Shown: positions 19,849-29,943 of the stretch, one piece after another
How positions within the stretch are numbered: the stretch's first letter is position 1
Layout: each line of letters begins with the position of its first letter
Assembly (NCBI GenBank): GCA_963727825.1
Contig: CAVSHO010000001.1
Location: forward strand, 84,926 to 148,925
DNA: 64,000 nucleotides
From: Ignavibacteriota bacterium
GTDB lineage: Bacteria > Bacteroidota > Ignavibacteria > UBA10030
Reading direction: 5' to 3'
Notes under the pieces: model-generated
The model's database searches: none
The model's input: the letters and a program-made list of their open reading frames with translations, nothing else
What the model was told of the DNA's origin: nothing
Position numbers and translations under genes: made by a program

Positions 19849-21285
19849 CTATTTCTTTTCAAGCACCTTTCTAATCTTTGCGAGCACTTCTTCTATGATA
19901 TAAGGCTTTTGTAGAAACCCCAGTACGCCGGCACTTTCCAATTTCGCCTTAACGTCCGGCTCAAAATATCCGCTGGCTAATATCATCTTTACTGCAGGGT
20001 TTATTTCTTTGAGTTTTTTAAATTCAGCTTCGCCCGATAGTTTTGGCAAGCCCATATCACTGATAACGAGTGCAATCTCATGTGCATGCTGGTTATATAT
20101 ATCCACTGCTTCCATACCGTTCTTTGCCGTTAGAACAGTATAACCGTGTGATTCAAGAAGAAGTTGTACCATATCGAGCATCAAGTCTTCATCTTCTACA
20201 ATAAGAAGGGTCTCGGTTCCACCGTGAACTAAACCTTCCTCCTTACCAGCTTCGAGTGTCGGAATGCTTTCCTTTGGAACTGGCAAATATAAATGGAAGG
20301 TCGTTCCGCTCCCGACTGTGCTTTCGACATCCACGAACCCATGATGAGCTTGAATAACACCATACACTACAGAAAGTCCCAATCCTGTTCCTTTGCCTTT
20401 CTCTTTTGTTGTGAAGAACGGGTCAAAAATTCTATTGCGAGTCGTTTCATCCATCCCCGTACCTGTATCAGATACAGTTATGCAGATATATAGCTGTTCA
20501 TTTGCCGCTGGGAAACGTTCAAGCAACTTATCACCTGCTGTCGTATCTGCAGTGATTGTTATAACACCTCCATTGGGCATAGCATCCCGCGCGTTAACGC
20601 ATAGATTGAGCAATGTCTGATGGATTTGTGTGTGATCGGCATTGATCATCGGAAGCTGTTTTTCTATTTCTTTGTTGAATGTGATAATTTTTGGGAATGT
20701 CTGTTGCAGCATCGAAACAAGTTCTCGCGTAAGATCAGGAACGTCCAATGGTTCGAATGCAATTTCAGCTTTGCGGGCAAAAGTAAGAATTTGCCTGACC
20801 AGTGCTGCAGCACGATCGATTGTTTGTTTGATAGCGTTCACACTATCTGAAAATTTCTGTGGATTATCCTTTATCGAGGGAAGGATGGATGTGTATCCGA
20901 GAATGATTCCAAGAATATTATTGAAATCGTGCGCAATTCCGCCGGCGAGTGTGCCAATGCTAAGCATCTTTTGAGATTGCACCAACTCTTGCTGAAGTTT
21001 CTTTTGTTCTGTAATGTCTTGGAAAACTTCCAGCATTGCCTTGCGTCCTTCGTACATCATACCAACATGACTGATTTGGAAAGTTTTACCGCCTAAGACG
21101 CCCGTTGTTTCAATAACACCTGGTTTCCCAAATGATATTCCTCTCTTCAACGGACAGTCTTGGCATTGCTGGTTGTCGTCTTTGTACACCTGCCAGCAAC
21201 ACATATCTACCGCATCAACTGTAAGCATTTCCTTCATAGTATTACTGACAAAAAGAATATTTCCTTCTTCATCAACAATGTTCAT
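19849..21285 (-). CDS. Hybrid sensor histidine kinase / response regulator (PAS-HisKA-HATPase-REC)
   Basis: H-box [11 protein letters not shown], HATPase [11 protein letters not shown] / DTGTGMD / GTGLGLS, and a C-terminal receiver LLIVEDEDL...LVISDMGLP...KP. The start is uncertain (ATGs at 21327, 21312, 21297, 21285). The tracked ORF reaches 21399 and overlaps the upstream ORF. Confidence 0.8.
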   Translation of the reverse strand: MNIVDEEGNILFVSNTMKEMLTVDAVDMCCWQVYKDDNQQCQDCPLKRGISFGKPGVIETTGVLGGKTFQISHVGMMYEGRKAMLEVFQDITEQKKLQQELVQSQKMLSIGTLAGGIAHDFNNILGIILGYTSILPSIKDNPQKFSDSVNAIKQTIDRAAALVRQILTFARKAEIAFEPLDVPDLTRELVSMLQQTFPKIITFNKEIEKQLPMINADHTQIHQTLLNLCVNARDAMPNGGVITITADTTAGDKLLERFPAANEQLYICITVSDTGTGMDETTRNRIFDPFFTTKEKGKGTGLGLSVVYGVIQAHHGFVDVESTVGSGTTFHLYLPVPKESIPTLEAGKEEGLVHGGTETLLIVEDEDLMLDMVQLLLESHGYTVLTAKNGMEAVDIYNQHAHEIALVISDMGLPKLSGEAEFKKLKEINPAVKMILASGYFEPDVKAKLESAGVLGFLQKPYIIEEVLAKIRKVLEKK

Positions 21286-23881
21286 TCCGAATGGCATTGT
21301 CTGAATGAGCATGATCGTTAAAGGCATGCGTTTGACGAAGCGATTCTTCTGCCATCCGGCGTTGAGTGAGATCGGAGAAGAAAGCAATTGTGTGCTCACT
21401 CGTCAATACGAACGTAGACTCGATGTACTTCGTTGAGCCGTCCTTGCATGTGATGACGGATTCCATCGGTTGAGGTTCATGGTTTTCTCTTTGTGCCCAT
21501 TCAATGGAAGTGCGCCAAGCTTCTTCAATCTGACTCCGATATTCTTCCCGCGGATATGCGATAGGCCACCATGCACTCAAGGATGGTACATCAGCTTGTT
21601 CATACCCAAAGAGCTCAGTAAAACTATGGCTGACGTACTCAATGGTTTGATTCTTTCCGGAGAACACAGCATTAGCGACAGGTGAAAACTCTACTAATGT
21701 TTTAAAAAGTCCTTCACTTTGCACCAAAGCTTCTTCTACTTCTTTACGTTCTGTAATATCCTCGATCATAGCGATAAAATGCAAAATCCGGTTACTATTA
21801 TCACGAATAGCTGTAATAGTTGCTGCTCCCCAGACGGCTCGTTTGTCTTTTCGCATGTAGCGCTTCTCGGTATGATAAATGGGAATATCTCCAACGGAAA
21901 GTTTTTTCATTGCTTCTGAGTCTTGCGTTATATATTCCGGATGTGTAATATCTTTGAAGGTGAGCGAAGTTAATTCATTTTCCTCATAATCCATCATTCT
22001 GCAAAAAGCTGCATTGGCTTTAATAAATTTAAAGTCTGTGCCAGAAGTCGCCATTCCGAGCGGGCCTTCTTCAAATATTCTTCTGAAGCGCTCTTCACTT
22101 TCCTTCAAGAATTCTTCTGCACGCTTGCGATCGGTAATATCTATGACAATCCCGCTCAAGCCCACAGGTTTATTTTTCTGCATAATTCTATTTGCATAGA
22201 GAGCTGCTGGAAACGTACTGCCGTCTTTCTTGATTATTAAGTATTCTTGCTCTCCTATTTCTTCTCCATTCAAACGCTTCCGCATATTCTCTAATGCTCT
22301 GTTTTTATCTTGCGGATCAAATATTTGAACAGCATTGAACCCTTTAGCAATATCATCTTCTGTGTATCCCGCAATTGTAAATCCTTGACGATTGATGAAT
22401 GTCACATTCCCCTTTTCATCTGTCTCAAAAATAATTTGTGGTAATAAAGTGGATAGATTTCTAAACCTCTCTTCGCTTTTACGTATTATCTCATCTGCTT
22501 GTTTGCGTTCAGTTATATCCCGAATAATGCTTTGATAGAATTTCTTTTCATCAACCTTAATAAATCGTGAACTGATTTCAGCGGGGAATACTGTGCCGTC
22601 TTTTCGCCTGTGTTCTGCCTCATATATTAACCCGCCTCGCTCTTCAACCTGTCTCATTTGTTTTTCATCCTGAGAACTAGTTTTTTGTGAAAGGAGATCG
22701 TAGATACGCAATTTTGCAAACTCTTCCCTTGTATAACCGTAAACCTTGCAGGCCTGGTCGTTTGCTTCTACGATCCATCCATCCATATTGACTAATAGGA
22801 CACAGTCATTCGCATATTTAATGACGTAATCGAAGTGCTTCACGAGAGCTTGGCGTTCAACTTCCGCTGAATATTTATCATGATAGAATATGGAACGCTG
22901 ATGCCGCCACCATGCCACTATAATGCCGCTGACTGCTAAGATAACAAGGAACGTTCCGATAGCGGCGATCCAAGCTTGTGAATAAAGAGATTCATAAACT
23001 TCTTCCTGGTCGCATTTTGCATTCATATACCAGGGAGAATCGGGAATATGTCTAATTGCCACGAGCACAGGAACACCGCGATAATCAATACCTTCAACTA
23101 TTCCTTCGATACCGCGGACCGCCATTGAAGCGGGGAGCTGTTTGTTAGAAATTGGCAAGCGTAACGTCAGCATCGTGTTTTTTTGATGACGAAGCTCATT
23201 TAAATAAACAATGCTCTCTCCATCTTGTTCAAGCAATAATGTCTCAGATGTGCGGCTTGGCTTCGGCCATGATTGGATAAGTTGAAAAAGAACTGCCTGC
23301 GGATTGATACGCAGCATTATCGCTCCAATTAGAGAGCTGTCATGTCGATCATGGAAAAAAAGAGGCACCATCAAATCCATATGAGCAATAGGAAGCGGCC
23401 CTGATTTGTGTAAATCCGAGAGGATTGCTTTTCGTTGACGACTAACTTCTTGAAATAATGAACGAGCTAATGTACCGACTGAATCACCATAGCGCGATAC
23501 TGATAGACGGACTTTTCCCTTTGCGTCGAACAAGATGGAAGATTCATAACCAACTTCGGACTCAAATGATTTCATTACTGCAAGAATTTCTTGTTTTCGA
23601 TCCGTATTGGCTGAAGAATTTAAAAAATCCTTAACTGTTCGTAAGAGAGGTAGGTTGTTAAAAAGAAGGTCACCATCTGCGATTCGTTCGCGGCGCCATT
23701 GAGTAATTTGGCTCACCTTTAAATCTGCTATGGCTGAGAGATCGTTTTGAGCTTCTAATTTAATGCTCTTCTTCTGTGCTTGATAGAAACGGTAACCGGC
23801 AAGAAGAGTACATGCCACTAAGAGCACAAAAACAATAAGGATGAACCAGTGGATTTTCCGGCGGGGTAGATGAATTTTCAT
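21272..23881 (-). CDS. Membrane sensor with a periplasmic (Cache-like) domain and about 4 PAS domains, no output domain in this frame
   Basis: 869 aa. TM helix IHWFILIVFVLLVACTLLAG, a second TM after about 300 aa, and repeated PAS linkers (DITERKQADE, DITDRKRAEE, DITERKEVEE, DLTQRRMAEE). Confidence 0.8.
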   Translation of the reverse strand: MKIHLPRRKIHWFILIVFVLLVACTLLAGYRFYQAQKKSIKLEAQNDLSAIADLKVSQITQWRRERIADGDLLFNNLPLLRTVKDFLNSSANTDRKQEILAVMKSFESEVGYESSILFDAKGKVRLSVSRYGDSVGTLARSLFQEVSRQRKAILSDLHKSGPLPIAHMDLMVPLFFHDRHDSSLIGAIMLRINPQAVLFQLIQSWPKPSRTSETLLLEQDGESIVYLNELRHQKNTMLTLRLPISNKQLPASMAVRGIEGIVEGIDYRGVPVLVAIRHIPDSPWYMNAKCDQEEVYESLYSQAWIAAIGTFLVILAVSGIIVAWWRHQRSIFYHDKYSAEVERQALVKHFDYVIKYANDCVLLVNMDGWIVEANDQACKVYGYTREEFAKLRIYDLLSQKTSSQDEKQMRQVEERGGLIYEAEHRRKDGTVFPAEISSRFIKVDEKKFYQSIIRDITERKQADEIIRKSEERFRNLSTLLPQIIFETDEKGNVTFINRQGFTIAGYTEDDIAKGFNAVQIFDPQDKNRALENMRKRLNGEEIGEQEYLIIKKDGSTFPAALYANRIMQKNKPVGLSGIVIDITDRKRAEEFLKESEERFRRIFEEGPLGMATSGTDFKFIKANAAFCRMMDYEENELTSLTFKDITHPEYITQDSEAMKKLSVGDIPIYHTEKRYMRKDKRAVWGAATITAIRDNSNRILHFIAMIEDITERKEVEEALVQSEGLFKTLVEFSPVANAVFSGKNQTIEYVSHSFTELFGYEQADVPSLSAWWPIAYPREEYRSQIEEAWRTSIEWAQRENHEPQPMESVITCKDGSTKYIESTFVLTSEHTIAFFSDLTQRRMAEESLRQTHAFNDHAHSDNAIRNEHC

Positions 23882-23942
23882 GTGCCGAATCCTTTCTTAA
23901 CGCTCAGTAGTCTTTCTAAAGTAATTTCAATATATAGCTTTT

Positions 23943-25035
23943 TCAATGATTCATTTTTCCATAATGATAATATGCCGCGCATGCACCCTCGGAAGAAACC
24001 ATCGGAGCACCAAGAGGATGTTCCGGTGTGCATTGATTACCGAACGCCGAGCATTCGTGAGGTTTCTTTAAGTCCTTGCATTACTTGACCGGCAATGCAC
24101 AGCGGCGATTCTTGCGTATGGATAGCTGCAAGATCAAACAAGTTCTCGGCGTCAAACGCGGAAAACTCATTGCGTAATCTGTAACCACTCTTCGGGATTG
24201 TTCCGATGCCCCGCCACGAGCGGTCTGTAGTCTTAAAAACTTTTTGTATTAATTCTCGTGCCGAACGATTGCCCTCTCGTCGAACCACTCGTGCGTATTG
24301 GTTCTCAACTTCTGCACGCCCTTCTTCAAGCTGTTTGACCGTCATTAAAATTCCTTGAAGAATATCGACTGGCTCAAAGCCTGTTACTACAATCGGTACG
24401 CTATACTTGGATGCGAGTGGAATATATTCTTCATATCCCATCACAGTACAGACATGTCCAGCCGCAAGAAATCCTTGAACACGATTTACAGGCGATGAAA
24501 GAATTGCCTCCGTTGCCGGCGGCACAAGAACATGCGAACAGAGAATAGAAAAATTCTTAAGATCGAGCCGTTTTGCCTGCAATACGGACATAGCATTTGC
24601 GGGAGCGGTAGTCTCGAATCCTACGGCAAAGAAAACAATTCTTTTATCAGGATTTTGCTGGGCAAGTTTCAATGCATCGAGCGGCGAATAAACGATGCGC
24701 ACGTCTCCGCCTGCTGCTTTTACGGTTAGCAAATCTTTTTCTGAACCGGGTACTCGAAGCATATCACCGAATGACGTGAAAAGGACGTCCGAAAGTGACG
24801 CAATGGCGATAGCTTTGTCGATGAGTTCAAGTGGAGTAACACACACCGGACATCCGGGTCCGTGCACAAGTGTGATATTGGAAGGAAGCAGACCATCAAT
24901 CCCGGATTTAACGATGGTATGTGTCTGCCCACCGCAGATTTCCATGATTGTCCATGCGCGTGTTACAACATTGCGGATTTCTTTAATTAACTTTTCCGCT
25001 GAAACCGCATCACGATATTCATCAATATACTTCAT
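23943..25035 (-). pseudogene. hypD: hypD (hydrogenase maturation Fe-S protein) with a +1 frameshift near the 3' end
   Basis: Frame A gives 332 aa ([18 protein letters not shown]) and stops at 24037. The conserved C-terminus [36 protein letters not shown] is read in the +1 frame down to the stop at 23943. The break is at about 24061-24075 (CTTAAAGAAACC). Confidence 0.85.
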
Positions 25036-25071
25036 ACTAGTCTCTTGCTGCCGACTTCTTGAATAACGATT

Positions 25072-25308
25072 CTATTCATTTTCAAGATCGTTCATTTCGT
25101 TTATCAGTTTGAGCGTTTCCTGCGCTTCCTCTTCATCCATCATACTGATGGCAAAGCCGACATGAACAATAACATAATCGCCGATCTTCACCTCTGGCAC
25201 AAGTTCGAGACAGACTTCCTTTTTTATACCACCGAAGCTTACTTTGCCCATAATTGGCGAAACAGCAGCATCGATTTCTATGACTTTACCGGGAATTGCT
25301 AAACACAT
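25072..25308 (-). CDS. hypC: Hydrogenase maturation chaperone HypC
   Basis: ATG at 25308 gives the obligatory MCLAIPG N-terminus (Cys2), with AGGAAA upstream. The tracked ORF start at 25338 adds 10 unsupported residues. Confidence 0.9.
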   Translation of the reverse strand: MCLAIPGKVIEIDAAVSPIMGKVSFGGIKKEVCLELVPEVKIGDYVIVHVGFAISMMDEEEAQETLKLINEMNDLENE

Positions 25309-25418
25309 ATTGTTTCCTCTTTCCGTTTCAATTTTCAAATTCCTGAATCAACAATCAAGCTGTTTCTATAATTTTCTTAAATCTTGCAGAGCAAATCTAA
25401 AGTAGATCCAGGGAATCT

Positions 25419-27827
25419 TCACTTTTCTTTCCGATTCAAACGGAGAGCAGCATAAACTTGCCCCAAGGCAATTCCTCCATCATTTGGCGGAATGCGCTGA
25501 TGCCAGTATGGGTGAAACCCTTCTTCACGTAACCGTTTTACACTGTGTTCAGTTAGATATTTATTCTGAAAGCATCCGCCGGAAAGCACCACATGATTTT
25601 GTCTGATCTTCATTGCAACTGCTACGATTATTTCAACGAGCGTATTATGAAATTTTACAGAGATAATTGATTGACTAATATGATCTTTCATATCTGTAAG
25701 AATTCCTTCGAAAATTGGCCGCCAGTCAACTTTTTTAAGATTTAGTGCTTCGTCAATTTCAAAGGGATAACATTCTTTGCTCTCCACACCTTGTGTCAAA
25801 AACTCCAACTCCATTGCTCCTTGACCCTCGTAATTTACGATCTGTCTTAATCCAATAAGCGATGCGACAGCATCAAAGAGTCTGCCTGCGCTTGTGGTAG
25901 CAGGCGTATTGACCTTCTTTACAAACATTTGTTTAAGCACATCAAGTTCCACTGACGTGAATGAAAGTACAGAAATTAAATCGTCACGATGAAAAATATC
26001 CCCGCCAAATATTTCGTACAAAATACCAAGTGCAACGCGCCGCGGTTCTTTAATGGCTTTTTCTCCACCGGGTAATCGAAAAGGATGGAAGGTGGCAATG
26101 CGCTCGAATGATGTGTCAGTTGTCAGTAGAAATTCGCCGCCCCAGATATTTCCATCGAGGCCATACCCTGTCCCATCCCAGGAGACGCCAAGCAATTCGC
26201 CCTCCAATTGATTCTCCACCATACAAGAAGCTATATGTGCATAATGATGTTGGACTTCTATGAGTGGAATGCCGGTGTTTCGAGCAAACTTCGAAGATAG
26301 ATAATCGGGATGAAGGTCGCAAACAATCTGCGCAGGCTTTACTTCGTACAGCGTTTGGAAATCTGTGATTACTCGATGAAATGCATCTAACGATTCTTTC
26401 GTTTCTAAATCACCAATATACTGACTGATAAACACGTTGTCTTCAGATGTCAGCGCAACAGTGTTCTTGAGGTGTGCGCCAACTGCCAGTAGGGACACGC
26501 CATGGCGTGTCCCTACTACTGAGATGGGTAACGGTGCATATCCTCGTGCTCGGCGAAGTACTAACTCGCGTTCCATTATAATACGAACAATAGAATCATC
26601 AATATGCCGCACAATCGGCCGGTTGTGAACAAGAAATATATCTGCAATGCCGTTAAGCCGATGAAGAGCTTCATACTCATCGATACAAATCGGTTCGTCT
26701 GACAAATTACCACTTGTTGCGACAACCGGAGAACCAAGTTCTTTCATTAGGATGTGATGCAGCGGAGTGTATGGCAGCATCACACCAAGATATGGATTGT
26801 TGGGAGCAACAGAAGTTGAGATGGAAGATGGGAGATGATAATTAGACTGTCCCAATCTATTTTCATTCTGTCTTCTGCCTTCTGATTTCTGAATCCTTTT
26901 TAGCAACACAATCGGAGATTCCGGTGAAAGAAGAAGTCTCGTTTCAAATTCGTTAACTTCGCATTCTAATTTTATTGCTTCTAATGAATGGAACATCAGC
27001 GCCAGCGGTTTCTCTTCCCGATGCTTCCTCTTGCGAAGACGGCGCACTGCTTCGTCATTGTGAGCATCAACCATCAAATGAAATCCGCCAAGCCCTTTGA
27101 CGGCGACAATTTTACCGGCTCGAATCATTTCCACGGCTTGAAGTAACGAATCGTGTCTTTCAGCAATTACGGTTCCTTTGTCATTCCACAATTCTAATTT
27201 TGGCCCGCATACGGGACATGCATTTGGCTGGGCATGAAATCGGCGGTTGAGCGGATTTTCGTACTCTGCCTTACACTCCGGACACATCTCAAATTTCTTC
27301 ATTGATGTATTCGGTCGATCGTACGGTAATGCTTCAATAATAGAAAAGCGCGGTCCGCAGTTTGTGCAATTAGTAAAAGGATAAAGGTAGCGGCGATTTG
27401 ATAAATCGAAGATATCTTTCAAACAGTCAAGACAGGTTGAGATATCGGGAAGAACCAGCGCAGACTTTGTTCCGGTAGAATCACTTTTACGAATCTCAAA
27501 AGACGTGAATCCCATTGAATCAAGAAATGAGAACTCTAAACTCTGGATAAATGCTCGTGGCGGAATTTCTTTTTGTATACGAAACAGAAAATGATTTAGA
27601 ATGTCTTTTTCCCCTTCGACTTCAAGGAAGACACCTTGAGCAGAGTTCGATACCCAGCCCGGCAGGTTCATCTCTGTCGCCAATCGATAGACGAATGGCC
27701 GAAATCCTACGCCTTGCACCGCGCCGCGAATAACGACTCTCAGCCGCCCTCTTTCTGTTTTTTTTTGATTTCTTTCTTGCACTGCACTTACAAGGTGCAA
27801 AAAAATCTTGTGAGAATCAGTATGCAA
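25419..27827 (-). CDS. hypF: Carbamoyltransferase HypF
   Basis: 802 aa. Acylphosphatase block VQGVGFRPFVY, four CxxC zinc-finger motifs (CLDCLKD, CTNCGPRFS, CPECKAEY, CPVCGP), YrdC-like and Kae1-like C-terminal regions. Confidence 0.9.
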   Translation of the reverse strand: MHTDSHKIFLHLVSAVQERNQKKTERGRLRVVIRGAVQGVGFRPFVYRLATEMNLPGWVSNSAQGVFLEVEGEKDILNHFLFRIQKEIPPRAFIQSLEFSFLDSMGFTSFEIRKSDSTGTKSALVLPDISTCLDCLKDIFDLSNRRYLYPFTNCTNCGPRFSIIEALPYDRPNTSMKKFEMCPECKAEYENPLNRRFHAQPNACPVCGPKLELWNDKGTVIAERHDSLLQAVEMIRAGKIVAVKGLGGFHLMVDAHNDEAVRRLRKRKHREEKPLALMFHSLEAIKLECEVNEFETRLLLSPESPIVLLKRIQKSEGRRQNENRLGQSNYHLPSSISTSVAPNNPYLGVMLPYTPLHHILMKELGSPVVATSGNLSDEPICIDEYEALHRLNGIADIFLVHNRPIVRHIDDSIVRIIMERELVLRRARGYAPLPISVVGTRHGVSLLAVGAHLKNTVALTSEDNVFISQYIGDLETKESLDAFHRVITDFQTLYEVKPAQIVCDLHPDYLSSKFARNTGIPLIEVQHHYAHIASCMVENQLEGELLGVSWDGTGYGLDGNIWGGEFLLTTDTSFERIATFHPFRLPGGEKAIKEPRRVALGILYEIFGGDIFHRDDLISVLSFTSVELDVLKQMFVKKVNTPATTSAGRLFDAVASLIGLRQIVNYEGQGAMELEFLTQGVESKECYPFEIDEALNLKKVDWRPIFEGILTDMKDHISQSIISVKFHNTLVEIIVAVAMKIRQNHVVLSGGCFQNKYLTEHSVKRLREEGFHPYWHQRIPPNDGGIALGQVYAALRLNRKEK

Positions 27828-27882
27828 GAATTCTAAACCATCATCGTTATAAAGGTGTTTATTCTTTCCTAAAAAAGTATTT

Positions 27883-28075
27883 AATTAAAACGGTAATTAC
27901 TCAGCAGGTTTTCTGTATCGTGGAAAATAATCCCTCTCCTCACAGGAGAGGGATAGGGTGAGGTCAAATAAAAGAAATGACCCCACCTGATCCTCCCCTA
28001 TAGGAGAGGAAATTTTTTAAAAAACCCGATATATAAAAAGGTTAAAAGATGATACTGAGTAGTTACTTAAAACAT
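27883..28075. repeat. Large imperfect palindrome (about 190 bp) made of two inverted copies of a hairpin-containing element
   Basis: Left arm: GGTAATTACTCAG ... CCCTCTCC-tcaca-GGAGAGGG ATAGGGTGAGGTCA (27932-27965). Right arm: TGACCCCACC TGATCCTCCCCTATAGGAGAGG (27979-28009) ... CTGAGTAGTTACT. It lies in the divergent hypF/paaK-like intergenic region. Confidence 0.5.
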
Positions 28076-28116
28076 ATTGTATCGAAAAGCATAAACACAA
28101 AGGAAAAGAATCAGGC

Positions 28117-29418
28117 ATGATTTGGAATGAATATATTGAATGCATGGATCGGGAACGGCTTGCAAAATTGCAGGGTGAACGACTCTCCGCAATGGTAGAA
28201 AAACTCTATTATAATGTGCCGTTCTATCGCCAAAAATTTCAGAAAAGCGGAATCGAACCAGGAGATATAAAAAACGTCAACCAATTAAAAAATCTGCCTT
28301 TTACCATGAAGCAGGATTTGCGAGATAATTATCCCTTCGGTTTATTTGCAGTTCCGGCATCGGAAATTGTGCGCGTGCATGCCTCAAGCGGCACAACAGG
28401 GAAGCCGACTGTTGTGGGATATACGCGAAAGGATCTTGAAATTTGGTCTGAGGTCGTAGCCCGCACACTCACTTCAGCCGGAGGCGGTAAGAACGATGTA
28501 TTGCATATTGCGTATGGCTATGGTTTGTTCACAGGTGGATTGGGTATCCATTATGGTGCAGAAAAAATTGGTGCAGCCGTCATTCCTGTTTCCGCCGGCA
28601 ACACCCAGCGCCAATTACAATTGATGCAAGATCTTGGTTCCACAATCCTCGCCTGTACACCATCGTATGCTCTTCATTTGGCAGAGGCAATTGCTGAAGC
28701 AGGTATATCGACAAATTCATTGAAGCTTAAAGCTGGAGTATTTGGAGCCGAGCCATGGACTGAAGAAATGCGTCGTGAAATTGAAGATAAATTGAAAATT
28801 AAGGCAATTGATATTTATGGATTAAGCGAGGTGATTGGACCAGGTGTTGCTTCTGAATGTATGTGTCAAAAAGGTCTGCATATTTTTGAAGACCATTTTA
28901 TTCCGGAGGTAGTCGATCCGGAAACACTAGAAGTACTTCCCTATGGTCAGATGGGGGAATTGGTATTCACCTGTATTACGAAGGAAGCGTTGCCATTGCT
29001 CCGATACCGCACACGTGATCTTACGGTATTGAATCCTGAAAAATGCGAGTGTGGACGTACACTTATGCGAATGAAAAAATGTCTCGGCCGTTCGGATGAT
29101 ATGCTGATTATCAGAGGAGTAAATGTTTTTCCATCGCAAATAGAAGCAGTGCTGCTCGAGATGAGCGAAACCAAACCACATTACTTACTTATTGTTGATA
29201 GAGTAAATAACCTTGATGTTCTGGAAATATGGGTTGAAGTTGAAGGGCAATTCTTCTCTGATGAAATTAAAAAACTGGAAGAACTTAAGAAAAAGGTACA
29301 ACACAAGATTGAATCAACTTTAGGTATCAGTGCAATTGTAAAGTTAGTTGAACCAAAAACCATCGAACGCAGCGAAGGCAAAGCCAAAAGAGTAATAGAT
29401 AAAAGAAAAATAAAATAG
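28117..29418 (+). CDS. Phenylacetate-CoA ligase family protein (PaaK/F390-synthetase-like adenylating enzyme)
   Basis: 433 aa with [22 protein letters not shown]-binding [14 protein letters not shown], and a C-terminal GKAKRV. Confidence 0.85.
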   Translation: MIWNEYIECMDRERLAKLQGERLSAMVEKLYYNVPFYRQKFQKSGIEPGDIKNVNQLKNLPFTMKQDLRDNYPFGLFAVPASEIVRVHASSGTTGKPTVVGYTRKDLEIWSEVVARTLTSAGGGKNDVLHIAYGYGLFTGGLGIHYGAEKIGAAVIPVSAGNTQRQLQLMQDLGSTILACTPSYALHLAEAIAEAGISTNSLKLKAGVFGAEPWTEEMRREIEDKLKIKAIDIYGLSEVIGPGVASECMCQKGLHIFEDHFIPEVVDPETLEVLPYGQMGELVFTCITKEALPLLRYRTRDLTVLNPEKCECGRTLMRMKKCLGRSDDMLIIRGVNVFPSQIEAVLLEMSETKPHYLLIVDRVNNLDVLEIWVEVEGQFFSDEIKKLEELKKKVQHKIESTLGISAIVKLVEPKTIERSEGKAKRVIDKRKIK

Positions 29419-29424
29419 GACGCT

Positions 29425-29850
29425 ATGATCATAAAACAACTTTCAGTATTTCTCGAAAATAAGTCGGGCCGACTGACTGAAGTGACCGAAACATTAGCTT
29501 CAGCACAAATTAATATCTCTGCTTTCAGTATTGCCGATACCTCTGAATTCGGCATTCTGCGGATGATAGTTAGCAAGCCGGAAGCAGCGGAAGCTGCATT
29601 GAAGGCAAAGGGGATTTCTGTTCATATCACAGAAGTTGTCGCTGTCGTGGTTCCGCACAATCCTGGTGGTTTACACAGGACATTAGAAATTCTTTCTTCC
29701 GAAGGAATTAGCGTAGAATATATGTACGCATTTGCTATGGGCGATCGTGCGACTGTGATCATTCGTACCGATGCAATTCAACAGACCATTACAGTTTTAC
29801 AGAAGCATAAAATGGAATTGCTCAAATCAAGCGACATCTATGAAATTTAA
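29425..29850 (+). CDS. ACT-domain (small-molecule-binding) protein
   Basis: 141 aa in two ACT-like halves (LSVFLENKSGRLTEVTETLA..., VVAVVVPHNPGGLHRTLEILS...). This is a common partner gene of PaaK-like ligases in anaerobes. Confidence 0.7.
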   Translation: MIIKQLSVFLENKSGRLTEVTETLASAQINISAFSIADTSEFGILRMIVSKPEAAEAALKAKGISVHITEVVAVVVPHNPGGLHRTLEILSSEGISVEYMYAFAMGDRATVIIRTDAIQQTITVLQKHKMELLKSSDIYEI

Positions 29851-29943
29851 ATACTAAACTCCAAATGACAATAAAACAAATCTCAAACAAGCTCCAACAA
29901 AAAAATATCAAATAATAAATCTGAAATCACAACTAGTTTTCAA

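Noticed and set aside
20750-20758. GGTTCGAAT (tRNA T-loop-like) sequence.
   Set aside because: It lies inside the hybrid kinase CDS, and no acceptor or anticodon stems can be drawn around it. No tRNA was detected anywhere in the window by eye.
24037-24100. Programmed +1 ribosomal frameshifting in hypD.
   Set aside because: I recognised no slippery or shifty-stop context or downstream structure. The same +1 pattern recurs in unrelated genes, including murI, which points to a technical cause or simple mutation.
27758-27766. A9 homopolymer (T9 on the plus strand) in codons about 21-23 of hypF, considered as a phase-variation tract.
   Set aside because: The ORF is in frame here, it is a single tract encoding Lys-Lys-Thr, and there is no evidence of length heterogeneity. 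It is noted only as a likely hotspot for sequencing error.
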